Shown: positions 9,248 through 19,087 of the stretch, piece after piece
How positions within the stretch are numbered: position 1 is the first letter of the stretch
Layout of the letters: every line of letters begins with the position of its first letter
Virus record (IMG/VR): IMGVR_UViG_3300010885_055964
Location: 1 to 64,000 of that record
Direction: 5' to 3' (one strand)
Length of the DNA stretch: 64,000 nucleotides
Origin: a virus
Program-made: the position numbers and the translations under genes
Notes under the pieces: model-generated
The model's input: the letters and a program-made list of their open reading frames with translations, nothing else
Databases searched by the model: none
What the model was told of the DNA's origin: nothing

Positions 9248-9993
9248 TTATTTAGTCCTATGTTCGGATTACTGACGTCCGTCGATGAACTCACTACCCA
9301 GTTCTTAGTCGCCACCCCAGTTGATCCAAACCCACCTTCTCCCCTCACCGTATCTTGGACTGCACCCTCTTCAATTATAGACTGATTAAATCCAAACATA
9401 ACACCCTGAACTAATCTATCACCATGTCTTATTGTGATAGGCTTGCTAGTATTGCGATTGTGTAGAACAGCCCACAATTCACCTCTGTAATCAGGATCGA
9501 TAATTCCAGTGCTATTGGCTAATTCTAACCCCATCATACCTATCGAACTTCTAATATGCAACATTAAAACATATGCTTTACTAAACTCACATTTGTATCC
9601 GAGAGACACCATTACAGTCTCCCTCGGATATATGATCAATTCTTTAGCATATGCCCCCATCGGTGTCGGAGCAGCACTTGCCCACCACTGTTTATCGCCT
9701 GGTCGATCTGGCGGGTAATAACTCTCAATGATCCCTTCCTCATAGAAATGTCTGAGTTCTAAAGCCCATCTATCAGGCAGGCTAATTAGCTTACCCGTCA
9801 GAGGATAAAAAGGTCTGGTCTCACTAAATTTTGCTGCCTCGGGAACCAACCTCTGTGGCCTAGTCAGACACGCTGGAAAGTCTACTCCAGCCGAATTGAT
9901 AGTTTCATATTTTGGTAATGGTAGATCATTACCTTCTAATCTTTCTAATATTAACCATTCTGTCATTTTTAAATGGTGGTCCATGTCGAGCAC
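9244..9993 (-). CDS. dut: Trimeric dUTPase with a ~50-aa insertion
   Basis: SAGVDF, RSSIG, GIIDPDYRGEL, GDRLVQ, RGEGGFGSTG. Confidence 0.9.
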   Translation of the reverse strand: MLDMDHHLKMTEWLILERLEGNDLPLPKYETINSAGVDFPACLTRPQRLVPEAAKFSETRPFYPLTGKLISLPDRWALELRHFYEEGIIESYYPPDRPGDKQWWASAAPTPMGAYAKELIIYPRETVMVSLGYKCEFSKAYVLMLHIRSSIGMMGLELANSTGIIDPDYRGELWAVLHNRNTSKPITIRHGDRLVQGVMFGFNQSIIEEGAVQDTVRGEGGFGSTGVATKNWVVSSSTDVSNPNIGLNK

Positions 9994-10006
9994 ACCTTGT
10001 TAGTGG

Positions 10007-10894
10007 TTATTTGATACAGTGACTACTTGTGATACGCGTCAGCTTTTGTAAAGCTTCTTTACGTTCCCTTGTATTCTCAATAAACTCTACCGCTTTTTCG
10101 ATGGTGTCGCATTCAGGGTTCGTATTATATATCTCCAGTGCTATCAGTTCTATGCGAGACAAAAACATTCCATATAACCGATAATCTTCAAACGCTTCCC
10201 ATACAAGAGGAAATAATGGCTTGACTATTTCTTCACCTATTATGGTTGCATATTGCCTGATTTCTAACTGTGCATGTGAGTCCATCCGTAATGCAAGGAA
10301 ATGCATCAGATTATGTAGGTCGATTTTCCAGTATGCCTCGGTATATGTTGATAATGGTAGGTCCTTTCTAGCTTGCTCTCTAGCCACACCGTTACTTATT
10401 CTATGCTCATAAACTTCTCTCGAGTAACTTAACAATTTAGCTTCTGCGTCTGATAATTGTGATCCGAGTGTCGTGTCTATATTGCCTTCCGAGCCTTGAT
10501 TGTTAGAAGACGATTGTATCCTCCAGCCATCTGGAGCAGTAGTAGAGGCTGAATCAATCGCATTCGAATAACGAGTACTATATTCATTGATATTAGCAGT
10601 TCTATGCCTGACCCATTGCCTCCAACAGTCCATAGGAACTCTAACAGCTAATTTAATTTCGGCCATTTCGAATGGAGTGCTATGCCGATGACGCATTAAG
10701 TATCTTATTAGATTTCTGTCATCATTAACATGCTTAGTACCATCTCCATAACTTACCCTAGCGGCCTGGACGATAGATGCGTCATTGCCCATCACATCCA
10801 CCAAACAAACGAATCCATCATCTAATACTTTAAACTTAACCCATTTGAGCTGGTCGAGTGACGTTTGTGCATTCGTTGCTGCTGCTTGATCCAC
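10007..10894 (-). CDS. thyX: FAD-dependent thymidylate synthase
   Basis: RHRHSTPFE, RQWVRHRTANINEYSTRYS, REQARKDLP; GTG start with AGGAG RBS. Confidence 0.95.
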   Translation of the reverse strand: MDQAAATNAQTSLDQLKWVKFKVLDDGFVCLVDVMGNDASIVQAARVSYGDGTKHVNDDRNLIRYLMRHRHSTPFEMAEIKLAVRVPMDCWRQWVRHRTANINEYSTRYSNAIDSASTTAPDGWRIQSSSNNQGSEGNIDTTLGSQLSDAEAKLLSYSREVYEHRISNGVAREQARKDLPLSTYTEAYWKIDLHNLMHFLALRMDSHAQLEIRQYATIIGEEIVKPLFPLVWEAFEDYRLYGMFLSRIELIALEIYNTNPECDTIEKAVEFIENTRERKEALQKLTRITSSHCIK

Positions 10895-11032
10895 TTTTTA
10901 TCTCCTTATTAGGATGCATAACATTTTTTTAATACTTCGTACTCTTCGATTGTGTCATAATCATCTGTCATAGCTCTTGATATGGGTTATTTCTGGACAT
11001 CAATGATTCGATTCTGCGTATTTAAATCAGAT

Positions 11033-11106
11033 GCTCCCGTAGCTCAGTTGGATAGAGCATGGGATTTCTAATCCCAGGGTCGTAGGTTCGAGTCCTACCG
11101 GGAGTA
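11033..11106 (+). tRNA. tRNA-Arg(UCU)
   Basis: Acceptor GCTCCCG/CGGGAGT, D-arm AGCTCAGTTGGATAGAGC, anticodon stem TGGGA/TCCCA with loop TT-TCT-AA, T-loop GGTTCGAGTCC; CCA not encoded. Confidence 0.95.
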
Positions 11107-11865
11107 TTTCGGTTTCTTATAAATACCAACTAATGACTCTACGTTCTTTAATTGTATATCGAACTGATGTACTGATGGCAGCCAACTCTGTTTGATGACG
11201 GTCAATTGTTTAGCCCAATCCAACAGCGTTTGTTTATACAGTTTGATAGGCCTTCTCTTGTCATAATATATGTCCGGTGTTAAATGCTTAGTACCTACCA
11301 TGCCATCGAACACTCTTTCCATAACAACAATGATACCACCAGGCTTAACTATCTTTATTAGATTATCCAACACCATCTCTGCATTAGACACATGCTCTAG
11401 ACAAGCTATACATAAAACAGTGTCGTATTCCTCACATATCATGACAGTCTCTGCAGAATCACATATCAATTCTGGTACATAATCTCCAAATCTTCCTGAG
11501 CGATATTCACATATTGGTAATTGGACTAGATTTTCCAACAATGGGTCTAATAGGGTTACATGTTCCATTTTCTTGGTAAAATGTGTTAACTGTGGACAAG
11601 GACCACAACCTATCTCGATAGTCTTACCCAAATTAGCTGGAATAGATCTATTAATCATCTTATAATCATAATATTGACAAGGGACTGACTCACTATTGGC
11701 GAACCAGTATTCTAACTCTTGTTTTTGAGCATCTCGCCATCTGCCAGGGTCTACTTTGAATATTCCTTTGGTTTTGTCCCAATACTTCTTATCATTCGAA
11801 GCACTCAATAGCTTTTTTGCTTCATCACCAGTCACTCTCTTGGTTACGTCAGTCCATGTAATCAT
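11095..11865 (-). CDS. Class I SAM-dependent methyltransferase
   Basis: IEIGCGP, YDTVLCIACLEHV, VKPGG. Confidence 0.8.
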   Translation of the reverse strand: MITWTDVTKRVTGDEAKKLLSASNDKKYWDKTKGIFKVDPGRWRDAQKQELEYWFANSESVPCQYYDYKMINRSIPANLGKTIEIGCGPCPQLTHFTKKMEHVTLLDPLLENLVQLPICEYRSGRFGDYVPELICDSAETVMICEEYDTVLCIACLEHVSNAEMVLDNLIKIVKPGGIIVVMERVFDGMVGTKHLTPDIYYDKRRPIKLYKQTLLDWAKQLTVIKQSWLPSVHQFDIQLKNVESLVGIYKKPKYSR

Positions 11866-12956
11866 GTGGCAAAACTTCCAGTGGTGCCATCAAATATCTT
11901 ATTAGCTTGGATATATGCCTGCAATACTTGCATGTTGGAAAATGTCTTAGATGGTTTTACTTTACCATCATAAGAGCCAGCGTGTGTCAAAACGAATCTT
12001 AGTTCATGTATGCCAAATTTTTTGGCCATATTTTGTGCTTGATTAAGTAGCTCATAATCATCGTTAACGTCGAATAATATGTATTTCCATATTATCTTAC
12101 AGCTAGATTCGAATTTCTTATTCATTTCCACACCGATCTTCATAAAATCCAAAGCTTTATCTAATACACCGCCAATGCGGTATTGTTGATATGAACTTTG
12201 TTCTACTCCGTCGATCGAACAATTGATCGTATCTAATAACATATATTCAGTCTTAAAATCTTGGTTGGCATTTGTATCCATACTAAGCCTGGTATGTGGC
12301 ATTTGACGGTTGACATACAATAGCATCTGAGGATAGGCCTTATTTAATGTAGGTTCTCCTCTGCCGACGAATCTAATCAGACCGAGTGATACGTCATGAT
12401 TCTGAATCGAATCGATTATTTTTACGAACCACTCGTAAGGCAGCACATATGGGGGATCCTCAGTCTTCAGTGGATTAGGCAACCCTTGCAGGCATCCACC
12501 ACATCTTAAGTTACATGGAAATGATGGCTCCATCTGTATTTCACTTATCTTGTCAATGCTACCAAAAGCCCAATTTCTTGCTTTACTCACATCACTTAAG
12601 TAATCAATAGCTGCTTGTGCCTTATGGTTAGATCGATCATCTATTAATTCATCTACACCAAATCGATAATGCTTGCCTCTGTTCTCATCAACCATACAAC
12701 AGCATGTTCCACATTCAGGGATATAATATTGATTATTTAGCAGTATTTTAGTGCGCATATCTCTCATATGCTGATGATTGAGTATGTCTGGCACAAAATC
12801 GCATTTTTCGAAATCTTTATTAGCTAGGATTGTATATTTCTCACCAGAATCACACCAACATGGTACCCGCCCATTCGATTTAATATAAACCTTGTCCCAA
12901 GCCCAGCAATACTTTCTGTTATTCAAAAACATATATTTAAGCCCTACTATATACAC
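11862..12956 (-). CDS. Radical SAM protein with N-terminal SPASM/Twitch domain
   Basis: CNLRCGGC, GRGEP, MDTN, CSIDG; N-terminal CWAWDKVYIKSNGRVPCWC...CGTCCC. Confidence 0.85.
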   Translation of the reverse strand: MYIVGLKYMFLNNRKYCWAWDKVYIKSNGRVPCWCDSGEKYTILANKDFEKCDFVPDILNHQHMRDMRTKILLNNQYYIPECGTCCCMVDENRGKHYRFGVDELIDDRSNHKAQAAIDYLSDVSKARNWAFGSIDKISEIQMEPSFPCNLRCGGCLQGLPNPLKTEDPPYVLPYEWFVKIIDSIQNHDVSLGLIRFVGRGEPTLNKAYPQMLLYVNRQMPHTRLSMDTNANQDFKTEYMLLDTINCSIDGVEQSSYQQYRIGGVLDKALDFMKIGVEMNKKFESSCKIIWKYILFDVNDDYELLNQAQNMAKKFGIHELRFVLTHAGSYDGKVKPSKTFSNMQVLQAYIQANKIFDGTTGSFAT

Positions 12957-13025
12957 CTAACAGTATAACCGATACATATTTGAACTTACTCCAACATACT
13001 TAAAGATGTATTATAGAACTTACAA

Positions 13026-13241
13026 ATGGCCCAGCAACCTAAAAGACAATCGGTCATAAAGCGATATTGTAATAGATGTAATGAGGAGAAACAATGTAAT
13101 AGACCTTGCCTTATTTGCGGCTGTCCTGAATTCAGGTTCGTTATACAAGAACGCACACATAACATACAAGACGTTGAGAACCGACCTAATAAAATCACCC
13201 CACCCGAAATACAAACAGCTACGGAACGGGTGGATGGTTAG
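13026..13241 (+). CDS. Small zinc-ribbon protein
   Basis: CNRC and CLICGC. Confidence 0.5.
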   Translation: MAQQPKRQSVIKRYCNRCNEEKQCNRPCLICGCPEFRFVIQERTHNIQDVENRPNKITPPEIQTATERVDG

Positions 13242-13516
13242 TCACCTAGATATTTTTTAATAGCATCGTCTCTTTCATTGGCCGTAGCATTTCTATCGAA
13301 TTCTATATATCGCACATTTAACATTATGTCTTCTAACTGTGGCAATATCGATTTGATAACCATCTGTCTGTGCTTAATCATGCTTTCTATTACATCTATT
13401 TGACTTAAAAAAGTATTGGATATGTCAGTCGGCAATTGGTTAATCATCTGCCTTAATACATATAACTGGTATTCTAATCCAAATTCACCATTAGGAGTCT
13501 GTTCCTTTGGCGTCAT
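13238..13516 (-). CDS. Hypothetical coiled-coil protein
   Basis: 92-aa helical ORF. Confidence 0.5.
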   Translation of the reverse strand: MTPKEQTPNGEFGLEYQLYVLRQMINQLPTDISNTFLSQIDVIESMIKHRQMVIKSILPQLEDIMLNVRYIEFDRNATANERDDAIKKYLGD

Positions 13517-13573
13517 CAGCGTAGACGTGGTTTTTTGCTCAGAAAGCGGAGTAGACCAGAACTATCGGATTTT

Positions 13574-13759
13574 TTATTTATACGGCTTGGCAGAAATCGC
13601 CTTCGTTGCTGCTTCATTTATCTCTGCGCGGAATACTGGCAGTTCGCGTGGTGCATCAATACTGATTCTTACTCGATTACCTTGTATAGCTAAAACAGTG
13701 ATAGTAATCTTATTGTCAATTACTATTTGTTCGTTCAATTTTCTAGTAAGGACTAACAT
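13574..13759 (-). CDS. csrA: Carbon storage regulator CsrA/RsmA homolog
   Basis: [15 protein letters not shown]...[19 protein letters not shown]; start moved to ATG 13759, GAGG RBS. Confidence 0.92.
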   Translation of the reverse strand: MLVLTRKLNEQIVIDNKITITVLAIQGNRVRISIDAPRELPVFRAEINEAATKAISAKPYK

Positions 13760-14173
13760 ATATGCCTCATTACTTACGAACATTCATTAAATAGGCGAAT
13801 TATAGCACCGATGAATCCGCGACGATCCATGCTCAAATCCACTCCTGTAGCGGTTGCCAAAAGTCAGTCGTTCTGACCGAACCGACGACCGTCGGTAAGT
13901 ATTGTATGGGGTATACTACGGCGTCTCTCAATCACGGAACGTAATACGGATCAGCCGGCAACTCGGCTTCTTTGCCGATAAAAATGAAAGCTTGCGATTC
14001 AGTTCTATCCGTCTGCTAACCTATCGCGTGGATTTCGACGGAACACCGCTCGATAAGCGGATCCAGCGTAAACTCAAACCGCCACGTAGGAAGGCCCGCG
14101 CACCATACAGGCGAACTCGGAGACGGTTGCCATAAAAATCGATTTGGTAACGACATGCAGCGTGTCTGCCATA

Positions 14174-15001
14174 TCACACTTTCTCATACCCATTCTTCTT
14201 GAGCTGTGCACGAGCCTTGTCCAAGTCTTTGATAGCAAACCAAGGCTTGTGTGCCGCCTTGTCTGTAGTGGTCACTTCCCGATCATGGATAAAAGCATCG
14301 ACTGGCAAAGAAGTCGACTTCTTTCCCAATGCACCATCATACGTGTTAAAGCACAGCTTACGTGGATTATTCCCTGAGAAAATCAGGGCATGTGCCTGTA
14401 CGTCCACCTCCACATGGTCAAACTTGACAGACTTCTTAGTCCACAACTCCAAGTGGGGCTTGTGGGCCAAGCTGGCTAGATCGACCTTCGGACTGGGCTG
14501 TGTCTCTTTCTTCAATACGGTCTGTGGCTTATCCATCTTATTCGCCTGTGGCTTGGGGTTTGAGGATTTGGTCTTGGGAACATTATGTACGGCGTGACCA
14601 GTCGTATCAGTCGTTGCGGAATCCTTCATCGGTCTATCTCCTATCCAAAAAAGTGGTAGTGCTGTCGAGCACTTGGGACAAGTAATTTCTTCAATCGAGC
14701 CAGTTACCTCTAATACATGCTGGCATTTGTTGCAGACTACTCTGTACTTATTTCCAGATTCAATTACAGGCACTCGATTTCCGACACTAACTGGTAAAAT
14801 ACGTCTAGACTGGATTCTCAATTCCTTCTTATCGACGGTACTCTTTACAAGCACTAATCCTTTTCTATCGGCTACGATTACGTCATTAGGATTGTCTGGA
14901 TCTAAGAGGTATTCCTGATCGGACACACTACCCCGCAATGTGATGTACCTAACTTTCTGACCCCTAGGGAATTTGTTTCGGCCGCCATTATTGCTTTTCA
15001 T
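14174..15001 (-). CDS. Hypothetical protein with SH3-like N-terminus and zinc ribbon
   Basis: CNKC...CPKC; 275 aa. Confidence 0.6.
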   Translation of the reverse strand: MKSNNGGRNKFPRGQKVRYITLRGSVSDQEYLLDPDNPNDVIVADRKGLVLVKSTVDKKELRIQSRRILPVSVGNRVPVIESGNKYRVVCNKCQHVLEVTGSIEEITCPKCSTALPLFWIGDRPMKDSATTDTTGHAVHNVPKTKSSNPKPQANKMDKPQTVLKKETQPSPKVDLASLAHKPHLELWTKKSVKFDHVEVDVQAHALIFSGNNPRKLCFNTYDGALGKKSTSLPVDAFIHDREVTTTDKAAHKPWFAIKDLDKARAQLKKNGYEKV

Positions 15002-15028
15002 GAATATCTCGTAGGGTTAAGGGTGGGA

Positions 15029-15214
15029 TCACCTATCCTTTGGTGGTGATGGTATACCATTAGTACGCGATTTTTTAGCGGCATCTGATTTGGCCACGAT
15101 ACCCATTGCTGCCTTCACATCAGCTTCCACTTGCTTTGAGCCAGGCATCAACTGTTTTGCGAGGTCGCTAAGTGCTATGATAGCAGCCCGTTCTGGCCCG
15201 GTAAGGTATTCCAT
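15029..15214 (-). CDS. Hypothetical protein
   Basis: MEYLTGPERAAII...; AGGAAAGGA RBS before ATG 15214. Confidence 0.5.
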   Translation of the reverse strand: MEYLTGPERAAIIALSDLAKQLMPGSKQVEADVKAAMGIVAKSDAAKKSRTNGIPSPPKDR

Positions 15215-15467
15215 CACATTTTCCTTTCCTAGGGGTAACCCTGCATCAAACTCTGTGTTACAGCCGCCGAATACCATGTTTAGTTACAAGGACACGACCG
15301 GGCAGCGGGCGATGCCAGCGTCCGGCCCCCGGGTTGACCCGGTTCCGGCAATCGGAGGAGGACGCCGCGTTGTTGCATCAAATAAATATCTAATGAATTC
15401 GGCCGCATGTTTATTCGACTACAGTGTCTACTTCTATATCTCACGAGTAGAAGATAGGTGTGAATGA

Positions 15468-15516
15468 TCAGGACAATAATACAAGCGTATCTCAGGACAA
15501 TAATACAAGCGTATCT
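15468..15516. repeat. 24-bp perfect tandem duplication
   Basis: TCAGGACAATAATACAAGCGTATC x2. Confidence 0.9.
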
Positions 15517-15705
15517 GATTATCGGATGATCCTGGATAACTGTAGGTTCCACACTGGATCCATCCTGAATGGTCACCAGGTAATACATTACCATCACAAC
15601 CTGTAGCATCGCACTCTATTCGTACGAGTTACTCTGCGGCCATTATTCTCTTCGACTGCGTACACTCTACCCATATCCTTCTCCTATAACTATTGGCAGA
15701 TATAT

Positions 15706-15963
15706 CTATCTTAACCTTAAGCCGTCCATTAGTATTCTATCAAACCTACCTGAAGTTATCAATTCACATTTATGAAGATTAGGCATCTTCACAGTTAAAT
15801 TAGACAACAGAGCACTAATTTGCTCTTCTAATACGGCCAATTCTGCAGGCTCGAGTGGTGCTAAACTCAAGACATCTATCACCATGCAATCCCGACTGTA
15901 CCCACTTGTAGATTTCACCGACAGATAATTAGGGGGATACCCTGGATAAACTTTCTTCATCAA
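15706..15963 (-). CDS. Hypothetical protein
   Basis: 85-aa ORF, ATGA-coupled to the upstream gene. Confidence 0.5.
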   Translation of the reverse strand: MMKKVYPGYPPNYLSVKSTSGYSRDCMVIDVLSLAPLEPAELAVLEEQISALLSNLTVKMPNLHKCELITSGRFDRILMDGLRLR

Positions 15964-16643
15964 AACCCCATGATTGATTTTATATATTCCCTGATAGCAT
16001 CGCCACCACGCTTGGGTAACAATATTTCAATAATCCTCAAATACGTTGATTTAAGTATGATGCCGGCAGACAACAAAGAGGCCACGTCATCACCTCTATT
16101 GTCTGTTTTCATCAGCTTACATACTGGTATAACATTAGCAGGAACATTGGGTGAATCCACTGTCAAATTAAATGCATGCGTTAAAGCGTCTGCTTGGTTG
16201 CCCCAACATGATTTGCTTTGATCGCAGTATGCACACATGCCGTTAAAGTTTTTAATCGTAGTTTGAACGTCTTGTATCGTTAGGTCACTGGGTATTTGCT
16301 TCTTGCTAGCTCTGTATCTTGCTTGACGTATCCAATTACTTACTGATTTATTATCCATGAGCCGCCCTGCTTCTGATTTTCTAGCCACTTGACCAGTCGA
16401 CTGGTCTTCCATTGTATATTCGCCTGCATGGGTAATTTCTCCTATAGGACCTAACAATTCTGGTATGGCCTTAACGACTAAATCGATCTCAAAATCGATC
16501 GGATAATGTCTTAGTAGTGAGCGTGCTTGCTCTCTGACCTCTCGTTTGACGCCCTTTATGCCACCACCATATGGTGATATAAGCCTTAGTAAAAAGGCAC
16601 GTGTCAGCAAAATCGATCTCGTACGCTGGTATGGTAATGTCAT
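15960..16643 (-). CDS. Protein with degenerate C-terminal HNH-like domain
   Basis: DLTIQD...CAYC...H...NVPANVIPVCK. Confidence 0.55.
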   Translation of the reverse strand: MTLPYQRTRSILLTRAFLLRLISPYGGGIKGVKREVREQARSLLRHYPIDFEIDLVVKAIPELLGPIGEITHAGEYTMEDQSTGQVARKSEAGRLMDNKSVSNWIRQARYRASKKQIPSDLTIQDVQTTIKNFNGMCAYCDQSKSCWGNQADALTHAFNLTVDSPNVPANVIPVCKLMKTDNRGDDVASLLSAGIILKSTYLRIIEILLPKRGGDAIREYIKSIMGF

Positions 16644-16863
16644 ATGTTATCTACATAGATGGATATCACATGATTTATGTACATAATACGTATGTCTGAC
16701 ATTAACTTTTCTAATGAGACAGAAGTACCGATAGAGCCTCCTGTAGACATGCCTCAATTAACACCACAATATACAAATCTAAACCATCCTCTTAATCCTT
16801 ATTATTATGAAGAAAGCGATCTATATCAATGCTTTGACGTTAATCAAGAATATACGTCTTAGA

Positions 16864-17262
16864 TCATTCAGCGGTCGCCGATTCGATAACTCCGATCGCT
16901 TCTTCTATACTATAACTTTTATTAATTATAGTCTCCATATTCGAAAAATGTTTAGCTAATTTGCCGATCGCCTCTTCAGCATCCTGACCCAACGGAGAAG
17001 GATTATATATAATATTCACTAAGGGCTGTAATACTCCAATCATCTTTAGCATATCAGTGGCATATTTCGTATTGTTACATATTTGTATTTGTAATTCCTC
17101 CTTATCGATTAATAGATCTTTGAATAATGATTTGAAGCTTTTGACGAATTCGCTAGCTAATATAGGTTCACTGAATATTGGTAATTTGAGTATGCCGTCT
17201 TCTTCCCATGTGCATAATTTTTTCGACAACCCATAAGTAATTAATATAAGTGGGATTCTCAT
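16864..17262 (-). CDS. Hypothetical protein
   Basis: 132-aa ORF. Confidence 0.55.
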   Translation of the reverse strand: MRIPLILITYGLSKKLCTWEEDGILKLPIFSEPILASEFVKSFKSLFKDLLIDKEELQIQICNNTKYATDMLKMIGVLQPLVNIIYNPSPLGQDAEEAIGKLAKHFSNMETIINKSYSIEEAIGVIESATAE

Positions 17263-17282
17263 TTGTTACTCAAAAATAAATT

Positions 17283-19085
17283 ATGAGGATTCAGAACATC
17301 ACATCGGGCGGGTTTGCCCATTCTCAGCGAATTCGAATTATATACGGTTCGTATAATCCTCTGGTAGAAGCATCTTCTCGCAGCACTACTCCGCTTTCAT
17401 ATATATTTATCGAGTCAGTTGTTGATTGTTGTGTGGTAGAATCTAGCTATTTGTCCCAACTGCTTAATTCAGGTCTTAGTCAGCTTCGTGCAGCTATGAC
17501 TGCGGATTCTGCTCAAGATCTAAATATATTACTTCAATTTATGGGCACAGATGAAGGACTACTTCAATTACCAGCTATACTCAATCAGGCTAAATCTGGC
17601 GATAATATAATCGATAACCAACAATGGTGGGATCAACTATTTCAAGCTACGGGTATTATAGATGATCAGGTCAAGGATTCTATACGAGATCAAGTTAAGA
17701 ATCTAATGAAGCCGCCCACCGTAGCTAGTCAGTCATATAGCCAAAGATTGAAGCAAGCCAGACAGGATGACCCATCACAAACTGATTCACCTACTAGCAC
17801 ACAAACAGATCCGGCCGGTCAGACTACTCCAACTACTTCTAATGATATACAGAGACAACAACAACAAGAGCAGACATATAATAATTATTTAGGTCAACAA
17901 CTCACCAAATTACAAGCTGGTCGAGAGGCTAACAGGGCCGAGATACAGAAGTTGCTGAAGGCCTTAGAGGACAAAAAGAAAGCGGCACAGACAGAGTCTG
18001 TGTGCAATTATTTAGCAAGCACACTATTAGAAAATGATCAAGTCGTTAATAATCTCAGCCTTATTAACGATATCATGGCACGAAAAATCGGTATCGAATA
18101 CAGATGCCATTATATGCCTATATTAGAAGCTGGTGCATTAAACAGGCTGAAACGAGCGTTTAGCGATACAGCGAATATAGTGGCTAATCCTCAACTTTTA
18201 AATGCAAATAAATCGCAATATGATAGTCAAAGGGCTGGTAAGTTAGCTGTACAATTAATCACTAGACATCTAAGAACCCAGTTTAATAGTAAGTTGCAGG
18301 CGGCCAAGATGACGCCTGATGATATTATAGCCGATTACCAGAAATTATTATCTTTAAATAAACTACCTAAGAAGGTTCAGCAGGATCCTGCAACTACTCA
18401 ACAGATTAATCAGTTGGTCGATAAGATGAAGAATGTGCAACAGCTATTTGGCAGAGTAGCACCCGATTCTCAAGCAGAAGCAGGTGTTCAGCCCGATTCT
18501 CTGTCTGTAGCTGGTCCTAGTGGGGTTGAGGCACAAGAAGACCAGTCACAATCACAGACTACACAGCAGGCAGATCCTAAACATAAGTTCACGCCTGAAC
18601 AAAAACGATACGGAAAACAACTGTTGTCTTTGATGATACAAGCTGGCCAACAAGCAGCTAGTAATTTCAAGCTCGGATTTTTTGATGACAGTGAAGAATA
18701 TTATAAAGTCGATGATCATGAAACTTGGATACCACTCAAGCTAGCTATTATTGATGCTGTTTCTTTGTTCAAAAAAGGCGTAGCCTATGACTCGCACGAC
18801 TTGCCCCCCGATATTCCGCGTCCTTCCCCTGATGATTATAAAAAGATAGCTAATATCGCTTTCAGATACTTCATGAATGGACCAGGATTTGATAGCAGAT
18901 ACACGCCGGTCTACGATTTGGCTCTCGTTGGTGATAAGCAGAAGCTAGCCGATAAATCGCCGTTTTACATTATATATCGTAACGAAGTCAATGCTAGGAA
19001 GCAGGCGGCAAAAGAACGTAAACAGGCACAACTTAAACAACAACGCCTTAAGTCAGGATTGCTCGGCTGGTTACGCCGAAAATAA
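17283..19085 (+). CDS. Gln-rich, low-complexity helical protein (possibly virion-internal)
   Basis: 600 aa with Q/T-rich linkers; no catalytic motif recognised. Confidence 0.65.
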   Translation: MRIQNITSGGFAHSQRIRIIYGSYNPLVEASSRSTTPLSYIFIESVVDCCVVESSYLSQLLNSGLSQLRAAMTADSAQDLNILLQFMGTDEGLLQLPAILNQAKSGDNIIDNQQWWDQLFQATGIIDDQVKDSIRDQVKNLMKPPTVASQSYSQRLKQARQDDPSQTDSPTSTQTDPAGQTTPTTSNDIQRQQQQEQTYNNYLGQQLTKLQAGREANRAEIQKLLKALEDKKKAAQTESVCNYLASTLLENDQVVNNLSLINDIMARKIGIEYRCHYMPILEAGALNRLKRAFSDTANIVANPQLLNANKSQYDSQRAGKLAVQLITRHLRTQFNSKLQAAKMTPDDIIADYQKLLSLNKLPKKVQQDPATTQQINQLVDKMKNVQQLFGRVAPDSQAEAGVQPDSLSVAGPSGVEAQEDQSQSQTTQQADPKHKFTPEQKRYGKQLLSLMIQAGQQAASNFKLGFFDDSEEYYKVDDHETWIPLKLAIIDAVSLFKKGVAYDSHDLPPDIPRPSPDDYKKIANIAFRYFMNGPGFDSRYTPVYDLALVGDKQKLADKSPFYIIYRNEVNARKQAAKERKQAQLKQQRLKSGLLGWLRRK

Positions 19086-19087
19086 TA

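Noticed and set aside
14020-14050. tmRNA 5' end (GGATTTCGACGG)
   Set aside because: No GGGG acceptor start upstream and no T-arm/CCA downstream
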